Shown here piece by piece: positions 1-12,110 of a stretch of DNA of 64,000 nucleotides. The stretch comes from Fimbriosthenelais zetlandica (Eukaryota), in NCBI GenBank assembly GCA_977030845.1, contig OZ365110.1, positions 49,352,001 to 49,416,000 of the forward strand, read 5' to 3'. The position numbers were made by a program, and so were the translations under genes. The first letter of the stretch is position 1; every line of letters begins with the position of its first letter. Under the pieces are notes generated by a model. It had not been told where the DNA came from, did no database searches, and worked only from the letters and a program-made list of their open reading frames with translations.

Positions 1-1411
1 CAGCATGATGTCACAGGGACAGACGCTCACAACAGCATGATTCTACAGGCACAGACGCCCACAACAGCATGATCTCACAGGGACAGACGCCCACAACAGC
101 ATCATTCTACAGGCACAGACGCCCACAACAGCATCATTCTACAGGCACAGACGCCCACAACAGTATCATTCTACAGGCACAGACGCCCACAACAGCATGA
201 TTCTACAGGCACAGACGCCCACAACAGCATGATCTCACAGGGACAGACGCTCACAACAGCATGATCTCAGAGGGACAGACGCCCACAACAGCATGATGTC
301 ACAGGGACAGACGCTCACAACAGCATGATTCTACAGGCACAGACGCCCACAACAGCATGATCTCACAGGGACAGACGCTCACAACAGCATGATTCTACAG
401 GCATAGACGCTCACAACAGCATGATCTCACAGGCACAGACGCCCACAACAGCATGATCTCAGAGGGACAGACGCTCACAACAGCATGATCTCAGAGGGAC
501 AGACGCCCACAACAGCATGATGTCACAGGGACAGACGCTCACAACAGCATGATTCTACAGGCATAGACGCTCACAACAGCATGATTCCACAGGCACAGAC
601 GCCCACAACAGCATGATCTCAGAGGGACAGACGCCCACAACAGCATGATCTCACAGGTACAGACGCCCACAACAGCATGATTTCACAGGGACAGACGCTC
701 ACAACAGCATGATTCTACAGGCATAGACGGTCACAACAGCATGATTCTACAGGCATAGACGCTCACAACAGCATGATCTCACAGGGACAGACGCTCACAA
801 CATCATGATTCCACAGGCACAGACGCCCACAACAGCATGATCTCACAGGGACAGACGCCCACAACAGCATGATCTCACAGGTACAGACGCCCACAACAGC
901 ATGATTTCACAGGGACAGACGCTCACAACAGCATGATTCTACAGGCATAGACGGTCACAACAGCATGATTCTACAGGCATAGACGCTCACAACAGCATGA
1001 TCTCACAGGGACAGACGCTCACAACAGCATGATTCCACAGGCACAGACGCCCACAACAGCATGATCTCACAGGGACAGACGCCCACAACAGCATGATCTC
1101 ACAGGCACAGACGCTCACAACAGCATGATTCTACAGGCATAGACGCCCACAACAGCATGATCTCACAGGGACAGACGCTCACAACAGCATGATTCTACAG
1201 GCATAGACGCTCACAACAGCATGATCTCACAGGGACAGACGCTCACAACAGCATGATTCTACAGGCATAGACGCTCACAACAGCATTATTCTACAGGCAT
1301 AGACGTTCACAACAGCATGATCTCACAGGCATAGACGCTCACAACAGCATGATTCTACAGGCATAGACGCTCACAACAGCATGATCTCACAGGCATAGAC
1401 GCTCACAACAG
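1..1411 (+). repeat. 32-bp minisatellite array, left arm (about 44 units, truncated by window start)
   Basis: Unit CACAACAGCATGAT(CTC/TCT)ACAGG(G/C)A(C/T)AGACGC(T/C) recurs every 32 nt. Stop codons occur in all frames over the 96-nt phase cycle. Confidence 0.98.
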
Positions 1412-2112
1412 AATGAACACAACAACATTGCTACCTGTATAACACTGTCATTTATTGTTCGCAATGAAAATAAGCTGTCTGCTTCACCAGGTAATAAAAC
1501 TGAAGCAATGTATCGCCAAAGAAGAACATCAGACAAAATGAAATTAATATTTTTCGGAGAGATTGAAGTGACATCGCTTCCTATTATGCACAATCTTGGG
1601 GGCAAAGTTGACAAGTTGGCTTACATGTATTCTTTTCATCTCATAATAGATAGTATATTACACCTATTATACATTACTTGAAATGTTGAAGCAGACGTTA
1701 CATTCAGGAATCATAAACTTTCGCAATATTTTAATATAAAGACTTGAACTCGACTATACCAAATTTCTTCTACCTGTGAGTAGGTGAAAACCTACCGACT
1801 GTCCCGACTTACCAACAGGTTAAATATAATAATTTAAAAGAAACAATAGGACATGTCAGACCAGCATATAAAATGAAATAGAGAAATGTTAATATTGTCT
1901 TTCCCACAATGCACAGGCAGTAACAACTCTTTGGTAAAATAACTTCTCTTGGAAAGCATTCCCATCAAAATGTTCATGTAATTGTTTTATATCTAAGCGT
2001 TTCTAGTGATTGGCGAACAGTCGAAGCACTTGAATTGATATCTTCTGATCGTAGGTAACAATGGTGAAATATGAGACAAAGGGTAATATTTTCTGGAAGA
2101 ATTAATCCACAA

Positions 2113-5100
2113 GTGAGCGTCTGTCCCTGTGAGATCATGCTGTTGTGGGCGTCTATGCCTGTAGAATCATGCTGTTGTGAGCGTCTGTCCCTGTGAGATC
2201 ATGCTGTTGTGGGCGTCTGTGCCTGTGAAATCATGCTGTTGTGGGCGTCTGTGCCTGTGAGATCATGCTGTTGTGGGCGTCTGTGCCTGTGGAATCATGC
2301 TGTTGTGAGCGTCTATGCCTGTAGAATCATGCTGTTGTGAGCGTCTGTCCCTGTGAGATCATGCTGTTGTGAGCGTCTATGCCTGTAGAATCATGCTGTT
2401 GTGAGCGTCTGTCCCTGTGAGATCATGCTGTTGTGAGCGTCTATGCCTGTAGAATCATGCTGTTGTGGGCGTCTGTCCCTGTGAGATCATGCTGTTGTGA
2501 GCGTCTATGCCTGTAGAATCATGCTGTTGTGAGCGTCTATGCCTGTGGAATCATGCTGTTGTCAGCGTCTATGCCTGTGGAATCATGCTGTTGTGAGCGT
2601 CTGTCCCTGTGAGATCATGCTGTTGTGAGCGTCTGTCCCTGTGACATCATGCTGTTGTGGGCGTCTGTCCCTGTGAGATCATGCTGTTGTGAGCGTCTGT
2701 CCCTGTGAGATCATGCTGTTGTGGGCGTCTATGCCTGTAGAATCATGCTGTTGTGAGCGTCTGTCCCTGTGAGATCATGCTGTTGTGGGCGTCTGTGCCT
2801 GTGAGATCATGCTGTTGTGGGCGTCTGCGCCTGTGGAATCATGCTGTTGTGAGCGTCTATGCCTGTAGAATCATGCTGTTGTGAGCGTCTGTCCCTGTGA
2901 GATCATGCTGTTGTGGGCGTCTGTGCCTGTAGAATCATGCTGTTGTGAGCGTCTGTCCCTGTGAGATCATGCTGTTGTGGGCGTCTGTGCCTGTAGAATC
3001 ATGCTGTTGTGAGCGTCTGTCCCTGTGACATCATGCTGTTGTGGGCGTCTGTCCCTCTGAGATCATGCTGTTGTGAGCGTCTGTCCCTGTGAGATCATGC
3101 TGTTGTGGGCGTCTGTGCCTGTGAGATCATGCTGTTGTGAGCGTCTATGCCTGTAGAATCATGCTGTTGTGAGCGTCTGTCCCTGTGAGATCATGCTGTT
3201 GTGGGCGTCTGTGCCTGTAGAATCATGCTGTTGTGAGCGTCTGTCCCTGTGACATCATGCTGTTGTGGGCGTCTGTCCCTCTGAGATCATGCTGTTGTGA
3301 GCGTCTGTCCCTGTGAGATCATGCTGTTGTGGGCGTCTATGCCTGTAGAATCATGCTGTTGTGAGCGTCTGTCCCTGTGAGATCATGCTGTTGTGGGCGT
3401 CTGTGCCTGTGAAATCATGCTGTTGTGGGCGTCTGTGCCTGTGAGATCATGCTGTTGTGGGCGTCTGTGCCTGTGGAATCATGCTGTTGTGAGCGTCTAT
3501 GCCTGTAGAATCATGCTGTTGTGAGCGTCTGTCCCTGTGAGATCATGCTGTTGTGAGCGTCTATGCCTGTAGAATCATGCTGTTGTGAGCGTCTGTCCCT
3601 GTGAGATCATGCTGTTGTGAGCGTCTATGCCTGTAGAATCATGCTGTTGTGGGCGTCTGTCCCTGTGAGATCATGCTGTTGTGAGCGTCTATGCCTGTAG
3701 AATCATGCTGTTGTGAGCGTCTATGCCTGTGGAATCATGCTGTTGTCAGCGTCTATGCCTGTGGAATCATGCTGTTGTGAGCGTCTGTCCCTGTGAGATC
3801 ATGCTGTTGTGAGCGTCTGTCCCTGTGACATCATGCTGTTGTGGGCGTCTGTCCCTGTGAGATCATGCTGTTGTGAGCGTCTGTCCCTGTGAGATCATGC
3901 TGTTGTGGGCGTCTATGCCTGTAGAATCATGCTGTTGTGAGCGTCTGTCCCTGTGAGATCATGCTGTTGTGGGCGTCTGTGCCTGTGAGATCATGCTGTT
4001 GTGGGCGTCTGCGCCTGTGGAATCATGCTGTTGTGAGCGTCTATGCCTGTAGAATCATGCTGTTGTGAGCGTCTGTCCCTGTGAGATCATGCTGTTGTGG
4101 GCGTCTGTGCCTGTAGAATCATGCTGTTGTGAGCGTCTGTCCCTGTGAGATCATGCTGTTGTGGGCGTCTGTGCCTGTAGAATCATGCTGTTGTGAGCGT
4201 CTGTCCCTGTGACATCATGCTGTTGTGGGCGTCTGTCCCTCTGAGATCATGCTGTTGTGAGCGTCTGTCCCTGTGAGATCATGCTGTTGTGGGCGTCTGT
4301 GCCTGTGAGATCATGCTGTTGTGAGCGTCTATGCCTGTAGAATCATGCTGTTGTGAGCGTCTGTCCCTGTGAGATCATGCTGTTGTGGGCGTCTGTGCCT
4401 GTAGAATCATGCTGTTGTGAGCGTCTGTCCCTGTGACATCATGCTGTTGTGGGCGTCTGTCCCTCTGAGATCATGCTGTTGTGAGCGTCTGTCCCTGTGA
4501 GATCATGCTGTTGTGGGCGTCTGTGCCTGTGAGATCATGCTGTTGTGAGCGTCTATGCCTGTAGATTCATGCTGTTGTGAGCGTCTATGCCTGTGGAATC
4601 ATGCTGTTGTCAGCGTCTATGCCTGTGGAATCATGCTGTTGTGAGCGTCTGTCCCTGTGAGATCATGCTGTTGTGAGCGTCTGTCCCTGTGACATCATGC
4701 TGTTGTGGGCGTCTGTCCCTGTGAGATCATGCTGTTGTGAGCGTCTGTCCCTGTGAGATCATGCTGTTGTGGGCGTCTATGCCTGTAGAATCATGCTGTT
4801 GTGAGCGTCTGTCCCTGTGAGATCATGCTGTTGTGGGCGTCTGTGCCTGTGAGATCATGCTGTTGTGGGCGTCTGCGCCTGTGGAATCATGCTGTTGTGA
4901 GCGTCTATGCCTGTAGAATCATGCTGTTGTGAGCGTCTGTCCCTGTGAGATCATGCTGTTGTGGGCGTCTGTGCCTGTAGAATCATGCTGTTGTGAGCGT
5001 CTGTCCCTGTGAGATCATGCTGTTGTGGGCGTCTGTGCCTGTAGAATCATGCTGTTGTGAGCGTCTGTCCCTGTGACATCATGCTGTTGTGGGCGTCTGT

Positions 5101-8100
5101 CCCTCTGAGATCATGCTGTTGTGAGCGTCTGTCCCTCTGAGATCATGCTGTTGTGGGCGTCTGTGCCTGTGAGATCATGCTGTTGTGAGCGTCTATGCCT
5201 GTAGAATCATGCTGTTGTGAGCGTCTGTCCCTGTGAGATCATGCTGTTGTGGGCGTCTGTGCCTGTAGAATCATGCTGTTGTGAGCGTCTGTCCCTGTGA
5301 CATCATGCTGTTGTGGGCGTCTGTCCCTCTGAGATCATGCTGTTGTGAGCGTCTGTCCCTGTGAGATCATGCTGTTGTGGGCGTCTGTGCCTGTGAGATC
5401 ATGCTGTTGTGAGCGTCTATGCCTGTAGAATCATGCTGTTGTGAGCGTCTGTGCCTGTAGAATCATGCTGTTGTGGGCGTCTGTGCCTGTGGAATCATGC
5501 TGTTGTGAGCGTCTATGCCTGTAGAATCATGCTGTTGTGAGCGTCTGTGCCTGTGAGATCATGCTGTTGTGAGCGTCTATGCCTGTAGAATCATGCTGTT
5601 GTGAGCGTCTGTGCCTGTAGAATCATGCTGTTGTGAGCGTCTGTGCCTGTGAGATCATGCTGTTGTGAGCGTCTGTCCCTGTGAGATCATGCTGTTGTGG
5701 GCGTCTGTGCCTGTGAGATCATGCTGTTGTGGGCGTCTGTGCCTGTAGAATGATGCTGTTGTGGGCGTCTGTGCCTGTGGAATCATGCTGTTGTGAGCGT
5801 CTGTCCCTGTGAGATCATGCTGTTGTGGGCGTCTGTGCCTGTAGAATCATGCTGTTGTGGGCGTCTGTGCCTGTAGAATCATGCTGTTGTGGGCGTCTGT
5901 GCCTGTGAAATCATGCTGTTGTGGGCGTCTGTGCCTGTGAGATCATGCTGTTGTGGGCGTCTGTGCCTGTGGAATCATGCTGTTGTGAGCGTCTATGCCT
6001 GTAGAATCATGCTGTTGTGAGCGTCTGTCCCTGTGAGATCATGCTGTTGTGAGCGTCTATGCCTGTAGAATCATGCTGTTGTGAGCGTCTGTCCCTGTGA
6101 GATCATGCTGTTGTGAGCGTCTATGCCTGTAGAATCATGCTGTTGTGGGCGTCTGTCCCTGTGAGATCATGCTGTTGTGAGCGTCTATGCCTGTAGAATC
6201 ATGCTGTTGTGAGCGTCTATGCCTGTGGAATCATGCTGTTGTCAGCGTCTATGCCTGTGGAATCATGCTGTTGTGAGCGTCTGTCCCTGTGAGATCATGC
6301 TGTTGTGAGCGTCTGTCCCTGTGACATCATGCTGTTGTGGGCGTCTGTGCCTGTGAGATCATGCTGTTGTGAGCGTCTGTCCCTGTGAGATCATGCTGTT
6401 GTGGGCGTCTATGCCTGTAGAATCATGCTGTTGTGAGCGTCTGTCCCTGTGAGATCATGCTGTTGTGGGCGTCTGTGCCTGTGAGATCATGCTGTTGTGG
6501 GCGTCTGCGCCTGTGGAATCATGCTGTTGTGAGCGTCTATGCCTGTAGAATCATGCTGTTGTGAGCGTCTGTCCCTGTGAGATCATGCTGTTGTGGGCGT
6601 CTGTGCCTGTAGAATCATGCTGTTGTGAGCGTCTGTCCCTGTGAGATCATGCTGTTGTGGGCGTCTGTGCCTGTAGAATCATGCTGTTGTGAGCGTCTGT
6701 CCCTGTGACATCATGCTGTTGTGGGCGTCTGTCCCTCTGAGATCATGCTGTTGTGAGCGTCTGTCCCTGTGAGATCATGCTGTTGTGGGCGTCTGTGCCT
6801 GTGAGATCATGCTGTTGTGAGCGTCTATGCCTGTAGAATCATGCTGTTGTGAGCGTCTGTGCCTGTAGAATCATACTGTTGTGAGCGTCTGTGCCTGTGA
6901 GATCATGCTGTTGTGAGCGTCTGTCCCTGTGAAATCATGCTGTTGTGAGCGTCTGTCCCTGTGAGATCATGCTGTTGTGGGCGTCTGTGCCTGTAGAATG
7001 ATGCTGTTGTGGGCGTCTGTGCCTGTGGAATCATGCTGTTGTGAGCGTCTGTCCCTGTGAGATCATGCTGTTGTGGGCGTCTGTGCCTGTAGAATCATGC
7101 TGTTGTGGGCGTCTGTGCCTGTAGAATCATGCTGTTGTGGGCGTCTGTGCCTGTGAAATCATGCTGTTGTGGGCGTCTGTGCCTGTGAGATCATGCTGTT
7201 GTGGGCGTCTGTGCCTGTGGAATCATGCTGTTGTGAGCGTCTATGCCTGTAGAATCATGCTGTTGTGAGCGTCTGTCCCTGTGAGATCATGCTGTTGTGA
7301 GCGTCTGTCCCTGTGAAATCATGCTGTTGTGGGCGTCTGTGCCTGTGGAATCATGCTGTTGTGAGCGTCTATGCCTGTAGAATCATGCTGTTGTGAGCGT
7401 CTGTCCCTGTGAGATCATGCTGTTGTGGGCGTCTGTGCCTGTAGAATCATGCTGTTGTGAGCGTCTGTCCCTGTGACATCATGCTGTTGTGGGCGTCTGT
7501 CCCTCTGAGATCATGCTGTTGTGGGCGTCTGTGCCTGTGGAATCATGCTGTTGTGAGCGTCTATGCCTGTAGAATCATGCTGTTGTGAGCGTCTGTCCCT
7601 GTGAGATCATGCTGTTGTGAGCGTCTGTCCCTGTGAAATCATGCTGTTGTGGGCGTCTGTGCCTGTGGAATCATGCTGTTGTGAGGGTCTATGCCTGTAG
7701 AATCATGCTGTTGTGAGCGTCTGTCCCGGTGAGATCATGCTGTTGTGGGCGTCTGTGCCTGTAGAATCATGCTGTTGTGAGCGTCTGTCCCTGTGACATC
7801 ATGCTGTTGTGGGCGTCTGTCCCTCTGAGATCATGCTGTTGTGAGCGTCTGTCCCTGTGAGATCATGCTGTTGTGGGCGTCTGTGCCTGTGAGATCATGC
7901 TGTTGTGAGCGTCTATGCCTGTAGAATCATGCTGTTGTGAGCGTCTGTGCCTGTAGAATCATGCTGTTGTGAGCGTCTGTGCCTGTGAGATCATGCTGTT
8001 GTGAGCGTCTATGCCTGTAGAATCATGCTGTTGTGAGCGTCTGTGCCTGTAGAATCATGCTGTTGTGAGCGTCTGTGCCTGTGAGATCATGCTGTTGTGA

Positions 8101-8215
8101 GCGTCTGTCCCTGTGAAATCATGCTGTTGTGGGCGTCTGTCCCTGTGAGATCATGCTGTTGTGAGCGTCTATGCCTGTAGAATGATGCTGTTGTGAGCGT
8201 CTATGCCTGTGAGAT
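2113..8215 (-). repeat. 32-bp minisatellite array, right arm, reverse complement of the left arm (about 190 units)
   Basis: Unit GTG(A/G)GCGTCT(G/A)T(C/G)CCTGT(GAG/AGA)ATCATGCTGTT is the reverse complement of the 1-1411 unit. Degenerate copies continue to about 8320. Confidence 0.98.
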
Positions 8216-8654
8216 ACGCCTACCTAGGCCTACTAGGCCTAGCTGTTGGTAGGGTCTATGCCTGTGCTATTGTGAAGGTCTATGGCCTAGGCCTATGGCT
8301 ATGCCTGTAGAATGATCCTGATCCTTAGTGGTACCGGGTAGCCTAACTTTTTTTCCCTGTTAAAACTCATATTATAGGCCTAGATAGGCCTATTTTCTGC
8401 AATTAGGCCTAGGTTTATCTGAGTAGGCCTATGATTTATATGGCCAATGTTGAAAAATATATTAGGCGTAAGCTTTTAACAAGAATTAGATTTTATGTTA
8501 ACTTTCGGCTTGCCATAGGTGGCTAGTCCGTCGTGATCCGTTCACAAAATTTTGATGCTGTTCTGAGCGTCTCCATTTAGCGGCCCCCTTGATGGCACAG
8601 TGCTGCCACACGTTTGAGGAATTAGAGCTCTCCACTCACTGAAGGTAGGAAGGA

Positions 8655-8725
8655 AGGCCCACGTGCAACACTACTTCCGGTAGCGTGGTTCTCTTCTCAA
8701 CTCAAGCCTGACGCTGAAGGTAAAT
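8655..8725 (+). promoter_or_regulatory. Candidate promoter with short non-coding first exon (E-box and ETS site, followed by a splice donor)
   Basis: CACGTG at 8660-8665, ACTTCCGG at 8673-8680, a pyrimidine tract, then GAAG|GTAAAT with the donor at 8720. Motif evidence only. Confidence 0.3.
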
Positions 8726-10689
8726 ATCGACTAAATTCAAATACATTCTACGCCAAACATTTAATTTCCACGTAATATAACATGTTTGGGAAAAGCTGAA
8801 GTTAAATTGCTGAATGCTATATAGAAATTGTGGTGAAATATCGGTATAATTATTAACAATTGGTGACTGGTGTAGGGTGTGGCTGTTGTGCGTCATTGAC
8901 AACAGTGACAGTCAACAGGTAGACCTAGTACAAGATATATTGGCGTTTGGGAACAGGGGCTCATCCCTGACTGACAGGTCGGGTCCCTGGCATTGGTCCC
9001 GAAAAGTGGGTGCTTTCTGAGAGTTCGGTGCCTGGCTGCTGCCATTGGGAATAACATGGGCTGCTAGCTGAGTAGCGCGCTTTCTTTTACTTCCATATAT
9101 ATTATACTTTGTACTAATACTACTAACGAGTATAGAAATACTCGTTGTTTGTACGTCGAAGCGTCTTGAATCTACTTGAAGAATGTATCATAAGTTTCCT
9201 CCTAAACCGAAAGTGTATTACCCCTCGAACCGTTGCGCAAACTTAGCTAATTTTGACCATATATTTATGGCTAGATGTAGATGGCTATAATTATATAGGC
9301 TAGATGAAAGGACTAGACCTTAGCCCTATAGTCTATACATGGTGTGTTAGGTTTAATTAAATTCTAGGTTTTGGTTAGACTAGGAAAAGGCATAGTGACT
9401 GAGACCTCGCGTACAGGAGTTATAATATATAATTGTCTACTAATATCCGGTTTCATTCCTGGGTTTCATTATACTTGCCACTAAGATTTAAATGAATCAT
9501 TTTATTCTAAGAAATCACACATACCAGGGACTTTCCTTTTCTCAATCCCTCCTTCACAATGTGGCCTTATTTTAGGACATCTTATTTTATGGATGTCACA
9601 GGCTTCTCTTATGTGTATAGGTGTAAGCCCCCTAAATTTTGAGTAAATAATGGTTTGTGTGTAAGCCTGCTTGTTTTGCCTATATCTCGCTTAGCCTGTA
9701 TGATATCATGAAAAACATAATAGTCATTAGAAAAATGTTTATGAGATATTCTTGCGTTTTTTTATCTAAATGAATCTCAGAAAGGGTTGGTTGATTCATA
9801 ATTTTTTAACGCCTCAACCATTACACGCCCCCGCCACCGCCACCGCCACCGCCCCCGCCCCCCGCCAGAAAATATCTAATTTTTGGGACTCACTGGGCAT
9901 TATTGGACAGAAAGTATGCCTACATAATTTAAAAAGAGTGGCCCTAGGCCTAGGCCAAGCCTAATTATGTACCTGTTTGACTTTTATTATTATTCACTGT
10001 AGGCGTCATGGTATGGTGTCCCTTTTTGCGACCCCTACGGATGGCTGGTTATGGGCCAGTCTCATATACTATACTAGGGTCTAATGCAGCAGACAGAATA
10101 TTTAAGTGTTCCAAAAGTGCCAAGTCATTCATGAAGGAGTACCGGTACTTAATACCAGTAGTGGTGTGACAAGGCGGGAATATAGTCTTACAGGAGCCGG
10201 GTGGGGGTTCGTGAGCTCGAAAGTAAAGGGGATCCCATATAGTATAATAGGGTGCCAGGTCCACTTTACGGATTTTGGTAATCGCAATTCCGATCTTATC
10301 GCTTAGTGCTCATTAACCAGACATGGTCCGACGCCCCTGTACCTCGTTATTAACATGGGTGTGGCAAGATCCTTATATATTATCTATCATCTATATAATT
10401 ATATCCTAATAATTAAAACTCCAACTGTAATGGCTGCCCCCCCCCCCCACCAAATCCCCCAATACACACCCCCCCCCCCCCTCCAATATTTAATTTCCAA
10501 GTCAAATCTTATTTTCCCCTGCTTGTATTTTTGCCATTGAAATTTTAAAAGAAATCGAGGCGGGGGGGGGGGGGGCGACCTTAGAACCCCCCCCCCCCCC
10601 CTATCTGGATCCACCACCGGTGCCGGTCTGTGTATTCAGTGGCTGGGGTGGCATATCAGAACCTGGGTCGGTCATACCTGTTTACACAA

Positions 10690-10846
10690 CCCAGATACGC
10701 CCCGCTATGCCAGCCTGTACATAAGCTACTGCTGCTGCTGCTGCTGCTGTCCGTCCCGCTCCTCAGACCATTGCTGCATCAGGACAGTTCTAGAGAAGAC
10801 GCCGGTAACCCCCTTCTCTCTCAAATTAACGACAGCAATCTATCAG
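10690..10846 (+). other. Putative non-coding 5' exon of the GST gene (start approximate)
   Basis: GC-richer stretch with a GC box and (CTG)7, ending in a strong donor CAG|GTAAGA (10846/10847). The ATG exon has an acceptor at 12848-12849 just 12 nt upstream of the ATG, so an upstream UTR exon is required. Confidence 0.5.
10729..10749 (+). repeat. (CTG)7 microsatellite
   Basis: Seven perfect CTG units. Confidence 0.9.
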
Positions 10847-12010
10847 GTAAGACATCATTTTCATATTATAAATTTTATTACGTAAATTTTTCTCTAAGCT
10901 TTAAGGCTAAGAATCTGTCCTATAATTATTATAATCGCCACCCATGTTTGCCTTGTGAATTTAGTTATCCATTTACAATGGAAATATGAAAGCGAAAATA
11001 GTTTTCCCAACAAATAGACCACAGGTTTTATTATACTGTCACTGGCTTTGGAGATGCTTGAATAATTTAAAGGCCAATAAGAGGTCCATTTAACATGAGG
11101 AATTTAGAGCAAAGATATACATTTTGTTGAGTCATGGAATAAAAAAAGAATGGGAAAACTCAAGTGGTAAAGTATTATAGTGATCAGTATCAGAATTTCC
11201 ACTGATACGAAGACACTGTCCTAAATCGGTCTTGTACTACCCACTAGCCTACATTTTGCGTGGAATTACAACTCAACGTGTGAGTACTTGAGAACTGTCA
11301 CACTGTGGGTCTGTGATGCCACTCTTCCTTTCTTTCTCTAAAATCAACTCACTCTGCATCATCGATTTCTCTATTTGCTTTCATGGGTTGTACATGTACA
11401 TGCACCTGCATCCTCTTTGTGCCTCCACCACCGGGCTAACTGAATGTTCAGATGCTGTCCCCAATTTTTTTTATTTGTCTCTCCCATCGCTCTTCATCGA
11501 CCCCGGCCACCATAGCTGGGTTGGGACAAGAAAAAATGTGTTTACCCATGGTAAATATTTGAATACGTTGGTCTTGCTTCCTCAAAATTTTGAATTAAAC
11601 GTTGTGCAATGTAAAGTTCTAAACACATATGATGGTAGGCGCGAAGCCTTAAGTACTGTAGGTGGTGGTCTAAGTTTTTGTTATACATTTTCCTTTTTTT
11701 TTTAATACTTGTCCGGTATTTTACCTTGTCATATCCTTCCTGAATGTTGAGCTTATTTGCACTATATTTTGCACTATTATGATAATGTGGTAGAGATAAC
11801 TAGAATGGTACTCCGTGATCTCATGCTCCGCATGAAGCCCTGCACAAATAATATTATTTTAATGTCAGGCCTCTTGTTTTTTCAACCCAACCCCAAACCT
11901 CAATGTCTAAATATACCAGCTGGCACGTGGCTGAAAAATAAACCAATATTATTCTCTCTACAGTACGGACATAGAGGCTGAATGGGGGGCATTAACTGTG
12001 AAACCCATAA

Positions 12011-12110
12011 AGCGGCTCTTTCACCCATGAATATTGGTCAAACTTGCATGGATTGATAGTGTACAAAGTGACAAATATTAAACTCTTTACTGATCAGTGA
12101 TACTGCCGCT
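12011..12110. mobile_element. Short non-autonomous DNA transposon (Kolobok-like MITE), shortened copy
   Basis: Termini AGCGGC...GCCGCT flanked by ATAA/TTAA. Same terminal inverted repeat (TIR) family as 13298-13480, 26394-26572 and 34611-34859. Confidence 0.55.

Noticed and set aside
1387-1614. 75-aa minus-strand ORF, and a possible 65-nt exon, in the spacer
   Set aside because: No recognisable family and no partner exons identified; the ORF runs into the satellite.
1-8215. CRISPR-like appearance of regularly spaced 32-bp repeats
   Set aside because: The units are directly adjacent with no unique spacers, there are no cas genes, and the context is a eukaryotic spliced-gene locus.
1-8215. 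Repetitive protein encoded by the minisatellite
   Set aside because: The 32-nt period cycles through all frames and meets a stop (GCA TGA on plus, TTG TGA on minus) at least every 96 nt.
8930-9075. Possible SINE-like or structured RNA segment
   Set aside because: GC-richer, but no clear Pol III A and B boxes and no second copy seen in the window.
10430-10620. Poly-C/poly-G tracts and the ORFs spanning them
   Set aside because: Low-complexity remnant of a common GGATCC-ended small repeat. The Pro/Gly-rich ORFs are homopolymer artefacts.
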